A DNA stretch of 64,000 bases, taken from assembly GCF_006345805.1 (NCBI RefSeq), contig NC_043000.1, positions 49,724,001 to 49,788,000 of the forward strand, in the 5' to 3' direction. Shown piece by piece: positions 40,300 to 54,420 of the stretch. The DNA comes from Octopus sinensis (Eukaryota). Position 1 is the stretch's first letter, and each line of letters opens with the position of its first letter. The notes below the pieces were generated by a model that saw only the letters and a program-made list of their open reading frames with translations, was not told the DNA's origin and made no database searches. A program made the translations under genes and the position numbers.

Positions 40300-40525
40300 T
40301 TTACTGCCCAGAAGGGGCTAAACATAGAGAGGACAAACAAGGACAGAGGGAGGGATTGAGTCGATTATATCGACCCCAGTGCGAAACTGGTACTTTATTT
40401 ATCGACCCCGAAAGGATGAAAGGCAAAGTTGACCTCGGCAGAATTTGAACTCAGAATGTAACGACAGACGAAATACCGCTAAGCACTTCACCCGGTGCAC
40501 TAACGTGTCTGCCAGCTTGCCGCCT
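40300..40525 (-). mobile_element. SINE family B (young copy)
   Basis: Head aggcggcaagctggcag..gagttcaaattc and central gcctttcatcctttcggggtcgataaataaagtaccag. Other copies lie at about 2776-2993, 20931-21150, 31118-31260, 39520-39732 and 43110-43245. Confidence 0.9.
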
Positions 40526-40550
40526 AGCACCTTAGCTAGGAGTCTTCTGC

Positions 40551-41030
40551 TACATCATCATCATCATTGTTCGACCGTGGTCGAGACAATGGAATTTACC
40601 ATGCTACGCCAGACTTCACAGTTCATCATAGCATTACGGAGGTCCTGTTGCTGGATGCCTGTATCCCTGGAGATTACATCAGGGTAGGAGAGTGTGCGCC
40701 CTCTGGTATTGTGAGTAGATGGTTTTCAGAGGAGAAAAGTAGAAATTGCCTCGCTTTCAGCTCTACAACAATGTCCAGCAAACTGGACTCTCCTACCTTT
40801 CACAAGAGATGACACAGGTGGTAGTTTCCCAAATATTTGCATTTTGGTTGGATGACGCTTCCACGAGAGATTTTGAGCTCTTGTAAGGAGGCGAGTGTAG
40901 GTTCCATCCAACCGCCTCTCAAGCTTCTTTGATAACGTCCAGGTTTCTGAGCCTTATAGTAGAATTGGTTCGACTGTGGCTTTGAAGATTTCAAGTTTGA
41001 AGTCTCTACTTAGATTTGATGACCAGATCT
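40551..41030 (-). mobile_element. Second RTE-like LINE lineage, 3' end
   Basis: Minus-strand peptide DGTYTRLLTRAQNLSWKRHPTK..LPPVSSLVKGRRVQFAGHCCRAE, typical of the RTE C-terminal region, followed by a (GAT)n tail. Confidence 0.85.
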
Positions 41031-41194
41031 TATGCATGTCATTACAGGCTGACCCTTTCTAGTTAGAAAATCTTTTCCAGATGATGATATGTATGACCCA
41101 AGATATTCTGCTACAGTTATGGGGTGACTAATGCTTTATAAACTACTTTTGATAGGTAGAAACTTTATGAAAGCCCAATGTAGCTTTTATCTTT

Positions 41195-41655
41195 TACTCG
41201 TTTCTTTCATTGTACTGCAGCCATACTAGAGCATTGCCTTGAAAGATTTAGTCAAGCAAATCAGCTTCAATAATTTCAAAGTCTGGTACTTATTCTATCA
41301 GTCACTTTTGTCAAATTGTTACATTGTGGAGATGTAAACAAACCAACACTAGTTGTCCCATGGTGGTGGGTGATAAATACAACCCAAACACAAAAACATA
41401 CACACACACACACACAGATACGTTTATACCCACACATGTGCGAACATACACACACACACACACACACACAGAGCAGGTTTCCATACAATTTCTGTTTATC
41501 AAATTCACTCACAATGCACTGGTTGACCTGGTAATTTTGTAGAAGTCACCTGGTAATTTTGTAGACACTTATCCAAGGTGCAACACAGCAGTATTGAACC
41601 TGAAACCATGCAGTTGCAAAGTGAGCCTTTTAATAACATAGCCAAGCCTGCACCT
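41195..41655 (-). mobile_element. SINE family A (older)
   Basis: Diverged reverse-complement match. Confidence 0.78.
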
Positions 41656-42426
41656 ATGTAGGTATATAAATATGGATACAAAGTGTTTGTGTGTGTGCTT
41701 CTGTCTCTGCATGTCTTCACATGACCACTGCTTGGGCAGTGGTGACCTTGATTATGTCCCCGATTATGAAAATCACCAACAGTGCATGAAAGCATGAAAT
41801 AAAGTACCTTACTTGTAAAGAATCAAGAATTGGCAACAAGAAGCAGCATCTGGCTGTAGAGTAATACTGCAAACAAATCTTGTCTGATTCATGACAGCAT
41901 GGAAAAAAGTAGACGTAAAAATAATGAGAAAGAAGATCAGTTATTGTTTTTACTAAATGAGAAGTCATAACACGAAAACTATTCATTAAACAGACGTTTT
42001 TCTTTTTTTTTTTACAGCGAAGTGAATGATTGTATCTCTTATTGAAGAATAATGAAAGTGTACTCTAATCCTAAAAAGAAAGTTCAATCAAGTTCTCACA
42101 GAAGACTAATTTTTATATGTTTGAAGGAAAATAAATCAATTTGGTGGGATCTGTATCTCTCTATCATTAATTGTTGCTGGAAATCACAGGTGTGTTGTAT
42201 GAATGGAATATAATGGTGTAATAAGAAATCACATTTGTTACACACCTGGAAATATACTGCTATTCAGTCATACATGCAGTCAATAAATGCAACAGCAACA
42301 TCCACAAGCCAATGATGGAGAAACTGTAGCTATGTGCAGGAAATAGTAACTAAGTATCCTTCAAAATATTCTGTAACATCTTGAAAAGAGTGAGCATGGT
42401 CATAAACACATAATGGTAGATCCATT

Positions 42427-42469
42427 GTCAGGAAATTTTTCATCACACATCTGTGACCTCATCAGTGAC
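42427..42469 (-). ncRNA. Hammerhead ribozyme with intact CUGAUGA/GAAA core
   Basis: Minus strand: GUCA CUGAUGA G[G]UCAC-AGAUGU-GUGAU GAAA AAUUU C[C] UGAC. There is one extra nucleotide at the cleavage site/stem I junction. Confidence 0.75.
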
Positions 42470-43902
42470 TCTTCTATCCTACATGTTGCTCTATTTAGTC
42501 AATTCTGTCTTTCTATGATGTGTATCCTTAAGTTGCTGAAGATGTCACAGGTACGTGGACATAAGATTCAGACAATGAACATAAGATAAAATAAGAACAA
42601 TAATAAATGAGTGAAGAACGAATTTATAGTGTGTGTGTTTATTTGACAAAAAAAAAAGAAGAAAGAAACCACCCCAATATATAACAATAGGGAGATAGGA
42701 TGGATGTAAATGAAAGGCTATTATTCATAGGTCAACTCAATCAAGGCTGGCTATGCGTGAAAGGATAGCATTGACATCAGAATCTGCTACTGGATTGAAA
42801 ATCAGAGTCCTTAAGTTAGAAATTTGTTACCTAATCCATTCAAAGATTACACATTATGAAGCCTGACATTATAATTCTTACCTATTCTCACATATTGCTA
42901 TGGGAAGAATATATTTTATTAAATTGACTGAAGAATTATGTCAATCATAGAATACATCGATTCAAGAGACATGAAATGGAAAACCGACCATGACAAAATT
43001 TAAACTCAGAAATAGAGAAATGATACGAAATGTAGTATTACATTGATATTAAATAAATCTAGCAGTCTACAATTTGTGCCATTCGGCTATTGATAATGAT
43101 AATCCTTTCTAATAAAGGCAAAAGGCCTGAAATTTTGGGGGAGGTGGGCTAGTTGATTAAATCAACTTCAGTCCTCAATAATACTTATTTCATTGACCTT
43201 GAAAGGATAAAATGCAAAGTCAACCTCACCAACATTTGAACTTAGAAGAAGCCATGTAAAAGTATCCATATTAGTATCACGTTAAAGCACCCATACTGGT
43301 GCCACATAAAAAAAGCATGCATGCTAATGCCAAGTAAAAAACACCCAGGCCAGTGCCACATATAAAGCAACCATGCCAGTGTCATGTAAAAAATACTCAT
43401 TACACTTTGTAAAGTGGTTGGCATTAGGAAGGGCATCCAGCCATAGAAACCATGTCAAAACAGACAACTGGAGCCTGGTGCAGTTCTCCAGCTCCTGTCA
43501 AACCACACAACCATGCCAGCATGGAAAACAGATGTTATATATATATACACATACATATACATGTATATATATAGTTCATAGATGAAAAACGGATATTCTC
43601 TGTATAGAATACACTTAGTATTGCTCAAGAAATTTAAACTTGAGTTGGTATAGAAATAAATACTTTATATATTGATCTGTCTAACTTGCTTGTCCCTACA
43701 TTTACCTATGTATATATATGTATATATAAGAAGACAAGAAAACGGAGATAAGGAAGTTAATAATTGTTTATTATTAGCAAATCGTTTTAAGGGAATGTCA
43801 TTCCCCCAAAATACTGGGTATTGAACCAGTATTTCCTTCGATGAAACCATCCCTTCATGAGGTTAATATATCCTCTAATTAAATATATATATTTATAAGC
43901 AC

Positions 43903-44830
43903 CTTGAGAGAAATGTTGGACCTAAAAAGCATCAGATGCGGGGTGTAAGAGAGGCGACTGCGCTGGTATGGTCAATGTGGCGAGAATGGATGAAGACAGC
44001 TGTGTGAAAAAGTGCCACACCCTGGTGGTTGGGGGAACCTGTGGAATAGGTAGACCCAGGAAGACCTGGGATGAAGTGGTGAAACACGACCTGCGAACTT
44101 TGGGCCTCACCAAGGAAATGACCAAGACTTTTGGAAATATGCCATGCGTGAGAAGACCAGGCAAGACAAATGAGACCATAATCTCGTGGCCTATGCCAGG
44201 GGCGTTATCAGCCCACTTATGCATACCTTTCCTTCTTTGGACACTAAAACTTTGCTTGCGAAGACCTGTTGAGGAAAGTGAAATCAAAAATCAAATTCAA
44301 TGACTGGCATCCGTGCTAGCAGGATGCAAAGAGCACCATACGAGTCTGATCATTGACAGAGCGGCTAACCGGCTTCCATGCCAGTGGCACTTAAAAGGCA
44401 CTATTCGAGCATGATCGTTACCAGTGTCGCACTACTGGCACTCGAGCCCCGTGCTAGTAGGGTATTAAGAGCACCATCTGAGTGTGATCATTGCCAGAGC
44501 AGCTATCTGGCCTCCGTGCTGGTGGCACATAAAAACACCATTCGAGCGTGATCGTTACCAGTATCACCTTACTGGCACCCATGCTGGGGGCATGTGGAAA
44601 AGATTCGAGCAAGTTCGTTGCCAGTGCCACCTGACTGGCCTCGTGCTAGTGGCACGTAAAAGCACCCACTACACTTTCGAAGTGGTTGGCATTAGGAAGG
44701 GCATCCAACTGTAGAAACTCTGCCAGACCAAGATTGAAGCCTCTTGCAGCCATCTGGTTCACCAGCCCTCAGTCATACGTCCAACCCATGCTAGCATGGA
44801 AAGTGGACGTTAAAAGATGATGATGATGAT
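43903..44830 (+). mobile_element. RTE LINE 3' fragment (ORF end, different 3' UTR, (GAT)n tail)
   Basis: RRLRWYG..DEDSCVKKCHTL..GRPRKTWDEVVKHDLRTLGLTKEM, then subrepeated UTR and the shared tail ending ggacgttaaaagatgatgatgat. Confidence 0.92.
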
Positions 44831-44838
44831 ATATATGT

Positions 44839-45247
44839 AGGCGTAGGAGTGGCTGTGTGGTAAGTAGCTTGCTTACCAAACAACCAACCACATGGTTCTG
44901 GATTCAGTCCCACTGTGTGGCACCTTGGGCAAGTGTCTTCTACTATAGCCTCAGGCCGACCAAAGCCTTGTGAGTGGATTTGGTAGACAGAAGCTGAAAG
45001 AAGCCCATTGTATATATATATATGTATGTGTTTATGTATATATGTTTCGGTGTCTGTGTTTGTCCCCCCAACATCACTTGACAACCAATGCTGGTGTGTT
45101 TACGTACCCGTAACTTAGCAGTTTGGCAAAAGATACCGATAGAATAAGTACTAGGCTTACAAAGAATAAGTCCTGGGGCGATTTGCTTGACTAAAGGTGT
45201 TGCTCCAGCATGGCCACAGTCAAATGACTGAAACAAGTAAAAGAGTA
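44839..45247 (+). mobile_element. SINE family A
   Basis: Full head-to-tail match to the family A consensus. Confidence 0.9.
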
Positions 45248-46315
45248 ATATATTATAGTGGGGTAGGCCAGTTTATGGGGTTACTCTGGGTTTCTCACTC
45301 ATAAGGGGTTTAGCTTTACAGCATATCTTCAGACCCCCAACACTGCTGGCCTGAGACCTCTTTAAAAATATGGAGGGAGAAAAGCCTCAATACACTTCTT
45401 TCTGCCTCTTTCAACTAAATCCCCTCACAAGGCTTTGGTCAGTGCAGGTCTATAGTAGACAATATTACAAGACACTTGCTTGAGGTGCCACACAATGGGA
45501 CTGAATGTTGGACCATGTGCTTCAGAAGCAAATCTCTTACCACACAATCACACCTGCACCTAAATCTCTGAAATTTAAAATATTATATTTAAAAGGATTC
45601 AAATTCATTTACAAAATTCCAGAGGAAACAGTTTAGTCTCATATGTAGCATATTGAAGTTATGAATTTTTTGTTCTGTCAGTAGTAGAATGCCATAAATC
45701 TATTGGATTTTAGGATGCAGTTGAATGGATTAACCTATGTAAAAGACTGGTACTTACTAATATCATGGAATCTGGAGTAATGAAAAGCAAAGTTTGTATC
45801 AAATGGATTTATATCAGAATATCAGATTTATATCACAAATAAGAAAGGGAATAAATAAATATATATATATATATATATACATAAATAAATAAATAAATAA
45901 TGCTAACATCTTAAGTTTTCTACCATTTCTACAGCGTTTCCTTCATAGCAGTTATAAACAAAAATGGTAAATGGAAGAACTTTAAGTTATCTGAGGAAAA
46001 GCAGTTTTTATCATTGTCATTTCTACGAACTCATTCTTGCTTACAGCATTTTTGGTGTCTCCACACAGGATGATATTTAATGTCTTATCTTAAAAGCAAC
46101 ATTTTATACTTCCAATTCTCTGATGACATTTTAACACCTCCACATTCTCAATCTGATAGACAGAAATAACAATGTCATGTATCAAATGTTTAAAAAGAAA
46201 AGATGCTTTTGAAATGGGTTTCACAGAATGATAAAACAGGAAACGTTATATATATTCATGGTATCTGAGTACACCTTGGCTTTCAAAGAAATATGGTCAT
46301 CTTAACATATTACCA

Positions 46316-46450
<135 letters not shown>

Positions 46451-47149
46451 GAAAAAAACCCCACTAAACTATATAAGTTCCTTTTTCAATTTGAAATTAG
46501 AAATAAACCTGGTATTAAAAATTTCATGAAATAGTAGTTCCTTGAAGTCGTTTACTTTTTTTTTCTTTTATTATTATAAAGCATGTGACATTACTTATTC
46601 ATAAACATATATAACATTATAAACAAAATTATAGCCTATAATTTCTTTAAAACCTACATATATAAATGATGATGATGATGATTTCTAATGTCAAAAGTAT
46701 TATTCCTAACAGTAATATGATGTTTACTCAAAATGTTGCTTCTGTTAAGCATTTCAGTATAGAACTCAAAATAAATGATGCTATAAATAACAGCTAGTAG
46801 AATATTGGGTTAATAACTTCTTTGATAGAAAAGCAATGTTGAGGGCTACCCATGGGATACATATCCACATTTTCTGTGGTCAGGACAAATGTACTACTAG
46901 TATACCAAAGCAAACCTTTAAATTTTTTCTATCCTTTTGAGAAACTAAAAATCTTTGAGAAATATGAAATAAGACATTTACCACATCCTGGATGTAGTCC
47001 TGAGTCAAAGGGTGGGAGAGTCAAGAGGTATATACATCTGTTAATGACTACAGAGTCATCTAAGACAATTAGTAAAAGCATGGCATATGTTACCAAATAA
47101 AATTTGTTCAAGAGTAAGAGAAAGCTTTATTTTTACATGAATTTCTTAT

Positions 47150-47561
47150 TTTACTCTTTTACTCTTTTACTTGTTTCAGTCATTTGACTACGGCCATGCT
47201 GGAGCACCGCCTTTAGTTGAGCAAATCAACCCCGGGACTTACTCTTTGTAAGCCCAGTACTTATTCTATCGGTCTCTTTTGCCGAACCACTAAGTGACGG
47301 GGACGTAAACACACCAGCATCAGTTGTCAAGCAATGCTAGGGGGACAAACACAGACACACAAATAGACACACACATACATATGTATATACATATATACGA
47401 CAGGCTTCTTTCAGTTTCCGTCTACCAAATCCACTCACAAGGCATTGGTCAGCCTGGGGCTACAGCAGAAGACACTTGCCCAAGATGCCACGCAGTGGGA
47501 CTGAACCCGGAACCATGTGGTTGGTTAGCAAGCTACTTACCACACAGCCACTCCCGCACCT
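47150..47561 (-). mobile_element. SINE family A (young copy)
   Basis: Reverse complement of the family A consensus. Confidence 0.92.
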
Positions 47562-49339
47562 ATTTTGTGGATAAATTTTTTTAAGATAGTGCCAACAACC
47601 TTCTGTTGATCCAAGAAAGGTGATTCGCTCAGATGGATGCATTTATGTCATTCAGAAGATGATTGAATATGAGCTTCACAAAAATGTGCAAAGACAAACA
47701 AGCATAAAGCCTAAAATAAAATTTACTTCTTGGGATATTTTTCATCTTCTTGGTAAACAATGAATTACTTTTACAATTAGTAGTTTTATTCAAATGTTCA
47801 TTGCAATGATTGAAATTATAAAATATTTATATTTTTTGGTCAGAAGTTGAAAAAAAAAATCTGAAAATATCAAATAGGATGATCTTCTCTTTAAAAACAT
47901 GCGACACTATACGAAATTTCAAATACCTCAGCGCCAAATCATTGACCTCAGATGTAAATGCATGCATTTAGTACTTACTTTCTTGAAATGATGTGCTTCA
48001 ATGCAAAATTTCAGCTATCTGGGTGCAAAACTGTGGATCACAGACACATAAATCCACAACAATACCTACTACAACTATATTTTTAAAAAATATTTAAAAT
48101 ATGTCAAAAAGCCTGTGAGCTTCTTCACATAGAAGCTGTGCTTCTTATGTAAAAGGTCAGTATGTAGGTGGCAAATGGGGCCCATAACTTGGAACATATA
48201 AACATATATTAGTTATTATATATTAAGAGAATATGATGAACAGTACTTAAATTAAAGCATGCTAAAATCTGAGCTATAACTTGGAAATGTGGTGTAAGCA
48301 CCATATGAAAATGAGACCATTTCCAGTGATCAAAGCCTGCATTCATTGACTGAATTTAGCTATTATATTTCACTTGCTGATTCATATAAATATCAGCTGA
48401 GCCAGCCAAAAGCTTAAAGAATGTTGAGCTTAATCTGGCCAACAGATACTAGAAAAAGCACATAAAGATGAAGTACCGCCCCATCAACCCAAAAGATTCT
48501 ATGTCATTTCTATTCACTACCATCAAAAGACAATGAATATAGTTAATATGAGCATGGAATGAAATAAATAAAACAAAAAATGGTTTCGAGCAAATAGTAG
48601 AATGAGAAATGAGTTAATAATATTAGAGTGAAATATAAGAGTTTATAGATTAATAATAATATAAATAAATGAAGCAAAACAAAAACTAGGAAAATATAAA
48701 AATTCAGAGATGGAAAGAAGAAAACCTATTCTTTTTGTTTATTTCTTTATGTTTTTTCATAATAAGGCAGTAACCAGGCCTCCCCAATTCAGATTAATGT
48801 TCAAGATAATACTAGCATGATTTGAGCTTAAAGCTATGAACTATCTGATTTCTATATCAAAGAAACCAACTTATCATTTCTGCACTTTGGGCTGAAGCTA
48901 CTGTTCACCTCTAGTTCATCTGTGCGACAACAAAATTGAAATCTCGTACCTATTTCACTCACTTTGAAGTCAAGAAGAACTACGTTGAACTAATGGAAAT
49001 TTAAGCCATAGAACTCTACTTGTTCCAAGCTTGATAATGAGAAATATAAACAACATCACTTTAATCTCAGTGCTGACTCCAAGAGCCAATAAGATTTTGT
49101 GATTTTTAAGTGTATGGATACACACACAGACACACATATATAGTATGTGTGTGTGCAACTTGCATGTATTATTGTGAGAGTACATGTATGTGTATCTCTC
49201 TATATATGTATATGTGTACATGTGCATGTATATAAATGTGTCTGTGTATGTGAATATGTGTGCATATATGCATATAGATATATACATACACACACACAGA
49301 TATATATATATATATACACACCTACATATATACATACAT

Positions 49340-49387
<48 letters not shown>

Positions 49388-50232
49388 GTATATGTAAGGG
49401 TGTATGGTTCTATGTTTCTGTCCCTTTCTCATGACATCACAAAATAGATGTAAATGAGAATCACTGTCATATAATTGGTGTGTGTTTATATACATACATA
49501 CATATATATATACACACATACATGTATATACATACACATAAAATATGCATTCTTAGACACACATGTGCATGGTTATATATAAGGAATTGCCTGAAATATT
49601 AAAAGCATAAAGTAATCATAACAATGAAGAAAGTAAACAAAAATGAAGCTCCCATCAGCTGTCTCACTAAGAATTATAGCAGTTTCAATACTTCAAAAAG
49701 GACTGTATACCTAATACCTGAGGAGCATAAACAATCATTAGATATGGTTATTACATAATAAACACAAAGTTGACAAGACACAAAAGAAGGGAAAATGTAA
49801 AGGTAAATTATGAGTCTTTGCAATGTTGAGAAGCCTATTGTATGCATGTGTGTATATGCATGGGAATGTACATGTATATGTGTGTACATGTGCATATGCA
49901 TATATATTTGTGTAAATGATTACAGTCTGCACTTTGCTACAAACAGAGAACTTTATTGAAAATCCCCTCTCAACAGATTCTTTAGCAGCTCTGCAGTGTC
50001 AAAAAACATAGGAAATAAAATGTTACTTCAAAAACTGGTAGGGGTCAACAACAAGAGGGGCTTCGAGCTGCCAAAAACAAATAAGTCTCATAAGATGTAA
50101 TTGACTAACTGATATTAACATAAAAAATGGATGTAGAAACAAATGAAAGATTATATGTGTACATACGTGTGTGTGTGAGTAACTTTGGATGATACTATAT
50201 AATTATGCATAATATTATATATATAAATATAC

Positions 50233-50637
50233 AGGTGCAGAAGTGGCTGTGTGGTAAGTAGCTTGCTTACCAACCACATGGTTCCGGGTTCAGTCCCACT
50301 GCGTGGCACCTTGGGCAAGTGTCTTCTACTATAGCCTCGGGCTGACCAAAGCCTTGTGAGTTGATTTGGTAGATGGAAACTGAAAGAAGCCTGTCGTATA
50401 TATGTATATGCATATATATATATGTGTGTGTGTGTTTGTGTGTCTGTGTTTGTCCCCCCAACATCATTTGACAACCGATGCTGGTGTGTTTGCATCCCCG
50501 TAACTTAGTGGTTCAGCAAAAGAGACTGATAGGATAAGTTCTAGGCTTACAAAGAATAAGTCTTGGGGTCTATTTGCCCAACTAAAGGCGGTGCTCCAGC
50601 ATAGCCACAGTCACATGACTGAAACAAGTAAAAGAGT
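50233..50637 (+). mobile_element. SINE family A
   Basis: Full-length match. Confidence 0.9.
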
Positions 50638-53114
50638 ATACCATGCACACACACACACATGCACATGCGCACACACATTTAGATTAATTTGTTTATTTTA
50701 CAATTTGAAGTTTCAGCATTTTCAGATCTACAAGCTAAGAATCAAATTAATCTTTTCATGTTAAATACTAGAAGAAACTGTAGTTAATGGATTTCTCTTG
50801 GGTTAAAGGCTGACAGAATAAAGCTCCTTCCCAAGTCATATAGACACACAGTGCCAGTTTCCCAGGCTTTCCGGTATATATACCCCTCCTAGTTGAGATA
50901 CTGGTCCATTGTTGGAATATGTACTTTTGCTAGCTGAGTGGGCTGGAGTAATGTGAAATGAAATGCTTTCCTCAAGAAGGCAATGCATTACCCAGTCCAG
51001 GAATCAAGACATTTTTAGATCACGAGCCTGGCATTTTAACCATTAAGCCACCTGCCTTTACTTATTCTATAAGTTTCAACAATAAATATTTTGTGTGTGT
51101 GATTAACAAAACTGATTACTCCTTGAATTAGCATGCGAGTGGTTGAATATTCCATAGGAATGTGAACACTTAGTGTAATTTTCAATCAGAATTAGCATAT
51201 AACCTTGTAACATTGCTGGCCCTTGGTACACTGTCTCTATCAACTGAATTTCACTCACAAAATTTTGATAAACCAGAGGCTATAGCAGAAGTCACTTGCC
51301 CAAGATGTTATATAGTGAAATAAAAATAGTGGGGAAGAGGTGTCATGGTATGGCCTGTGAGGTAAGTAGAAATGAGTGAAGACATGACAACTGGAAGTGT
51401 GGATGGTAAGAATGTAAGAATGTAAGGTGGTAAGAATGTATGAGCGAGATGGTAAGAGATGGAGAACGGGTTGTGGGGGGGTAAATATAATAAACAACAG
51501 GTATTAATGAATGATAAGTTGGAAGGTGGAGAAGAGTAGGTAACGACTATAGAATATGTATATATGTTAAATGTGTGATTTAACACACACGTATATATAT
51601 CATTATTAAATTAATGCATGTGAAAATATTTGTACATTTGCATGCATGTATAACCATATACACACATATACTGACAAATGTATGTGATCGACTGCATGTG
51701 TAGGCGTATGTGTGGATATGTACATGCACGTATGTATAGCTCCATGATAATGTTATTCACATTGCTTACTATATTCATATTATCTGTAAGTGAAAAAAAA
51801 AATCTTTTTTTTTTCTTTTCGGGTACACAAAGCATAACCGTGAGCATTATAGATTACTAGCTGGATCAATAAAGAATATGAACATGTCAAAAAGGATCAA
51901 AGAATATATTGCTAAAACTGAATTCTACAAATCTTTTGTGTAAATTATTCTTTGCACTGTGATCAAATTCAGAGATAACTGGTCAGAAAATGTTCTCGTA
52001 CAAATGGATAAGTTGCCATTAAGGGGGCTAAACTAAATCATTACTAGAAAGCTTTAATGTAAATGATATCATTTAGTCATGATCTATTCCATGAACTATT
52101 AGCTTATACGTCAACTTCAATGGATATTACAGTGATATTTTATATCAGAAGTGAACAAAAACTTTTCTGATATATTTTCCAGAAGAGTATATTGCTCGGA
52201 TAATATTCATGCCATTGAGAAAAGCTACTTTCATGTAACATTAGCATAAAAGACATCAGGTTTTCTTTAATCACACATCTTGCATCATTATCACCCTCAC
52301 CACCACCACCACCACCACCATCATCATCATCATTACTGTGGTTGCCTTCATCATTATCATGTGATATCACACTAACAAACAATCAGCCTTAATTCTGCTC
52401 TATAGAAATTTTCAATGCTCTGATTTACATAGCAGTAAAAATGCATTTCCTTCACTCGGTGGGTTGTAGTTTGATATTATAAACCTGGATAAAATAGAAT
52501 TGTTTAGAGAATAGACATGAGAATTGGGCAATTATTTATGCATAGTAGGAGTTAGTGATTAGGAAAGAGTGAAAGAAACTAAGCTGATGCTTTGATGAAA
52601 GAGATAGGAATAAAATCTAAAAATTGGAAGATAAATATGGTGACCTGCAAACAAAAATTGATATCTAGATAATGATTGGAAATGAGTCCTTAGGGACCAG
52701 GCTAATGGTGATAGGCTTGCATTCTCAGACAGAGCAACATATTGATTTGAGTAATATTCTGTCGCATCAATAAAAATCAGACCCAGCACAAAGCAGAGTA
52801 AATGCCAAGATAGAAAAAGTGTCTAAAATAATTTGATTTTCCTAATTTATATTTTATGGTGTAATCAGATAAGGAAGGATATTACCACTGATATTTTTTG
52901 CAGGGTCTCCATGAGAGTGGTGAGAAAGGGCTTGTTGTAAAGGGAAACATATACATAAAGATAGCAAGATACCTTCAGGTAGAAAACATGTTTAAAACCT
53001 ACAGTTTAGTAGATTCAGCTGTAGGTACCCACTGACTAGGTGGTGGTGTTAATCTAGATGAAAATTATCCAGTTTTATACTCAAAGCTTTGGTTAATCTG
53101 GTAGAGTAAAAGGT

Positions 53115-53336
53115 AGCTCTTTAACATTTAAACTGACCATATTTGGCCAAAATATTCTACCTGTTTTATGTTCAAACTGGCTAAATCTGGCTTCTCACAT
53201 CTACCATACAATGTCATAAAAATAAACACTCATATGATCGAAATCTCAAAGTTATGAGATAATATATGATTAACTCAAAGCAATGTAAATAAATAAGCAT
53301 TGCATTTGACAGAATAATTTGAATGCTAAAGGGTTA
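53115..53336. mobile_element. Degraded piggyBac-like MITE
   Basis: The right end aatgctaaagggtta is the reverse complement of TTAACCCTTTAGCA(TT). The left end agctctttaacattt is a decayed match. Confidence 0.55.
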
Positions 53337-53717
53337 TAAAACAGCCCACTTGTACAAAGGGCTGTATCGTGTGCCTAAAAAGAAAATTACAATGTGTGAC
53401 ACAATTTTTGTCCCTGGGTAGCAACTGTTATTTCCTGTTTGCTTACCCCTAGAAAGAATGAAAAATGACTAATATTGCCTTCAAATTTTGCTTTTTTCTT
53501 GATTCCCAACAGGCATGCCAAAATATGCCTTGTAGACTTCACACGTTTTAGCAGAGTACTTTTATACATACTCTTTGTCTCGATAGATTTGTCATAGACA
53601 TAGCAAAATGTGTCTGCTGAATTCTTACAACCACCTGATGAATGTGATGAATGTGGCTATCAACAACAATTTGTCTTCACTTGGACAGCTAGAAGTAAAC
53701 TGAACTGTTGAACTTAC

Positions 53718-53836
53718 AGTCCCTGTATCTACACTATAATCTATGTTGCCAGAATGTTCTAGAAATTCTTGAAAGTTTTAGAAACTTTTAGATAGCTCTA
53801 GAAAATTCTGCTTCAGCAATTCAATGTTGCATCTAT
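53718..53836 (-). other. Candidate 119-nt exon with one in-frame TAA
   Basis: Acceptor tattttcaattacatttcag and donor act|gtaagt. The phase-1 frame reads RCNIELLKQNFLELSKSF*NFQEFLEHSGNIDYSVDTGT. Confidence 0.22.
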
Positions 53837-54010
53837 CTGAAATGTAATTGAAAATAGGTCAGTTTTAAAACGATGATGTTCAGGTCATAAAAGCAATATA
53901 TGAGGGAATAGTAGCCATTTCCTTTTATTTCTAGCTAGAAGTAAATAGGAAACAACACTTACTAACCAAAGACAAATTAAATAAATAAATAAATAAATAA
54001 ATTATTACAC

Positions 54011-54420
54011 AGCAGGCGTGGCTGTGTGGTAAGAAGCTTGCTTCCCAACCTCATGGTTCCATGTTCAGTTTCACTACATGGCTACTTGGGCAAGTATCTT
54101 CTACTATAGTCTCAGGCAGACCAAGGCCTTATGAATGAATTCGGTGGGTAGGAACTGAAAGAAGTCCATTGTGTATATGTGTGTGTGTGTATTTTTTGTG
54201 TCTGTGCTTGTCCCCCACCACCAATTGACAACCAGTGTTGGTGTGTTTACGTCCCTGTAACTTGATAGTGCAGCAAAGAGACCGATAGAATAAGTACCAA
54301 GTTTAACAAAAGTAAGTCCTGGGGGCAATACATTCAACCAAAAAGAAAAAAAAAACATTCTTTAAGACAGTACTCCAGCATGGCTGCAGTCTAATGAGTG
54401 AAACAAGTAAAAGAAAAGAA
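54011..54420 (+). mobile_element. SINE family A (older)
   Basis: Full-length diverged match. Confidence 0.85.
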
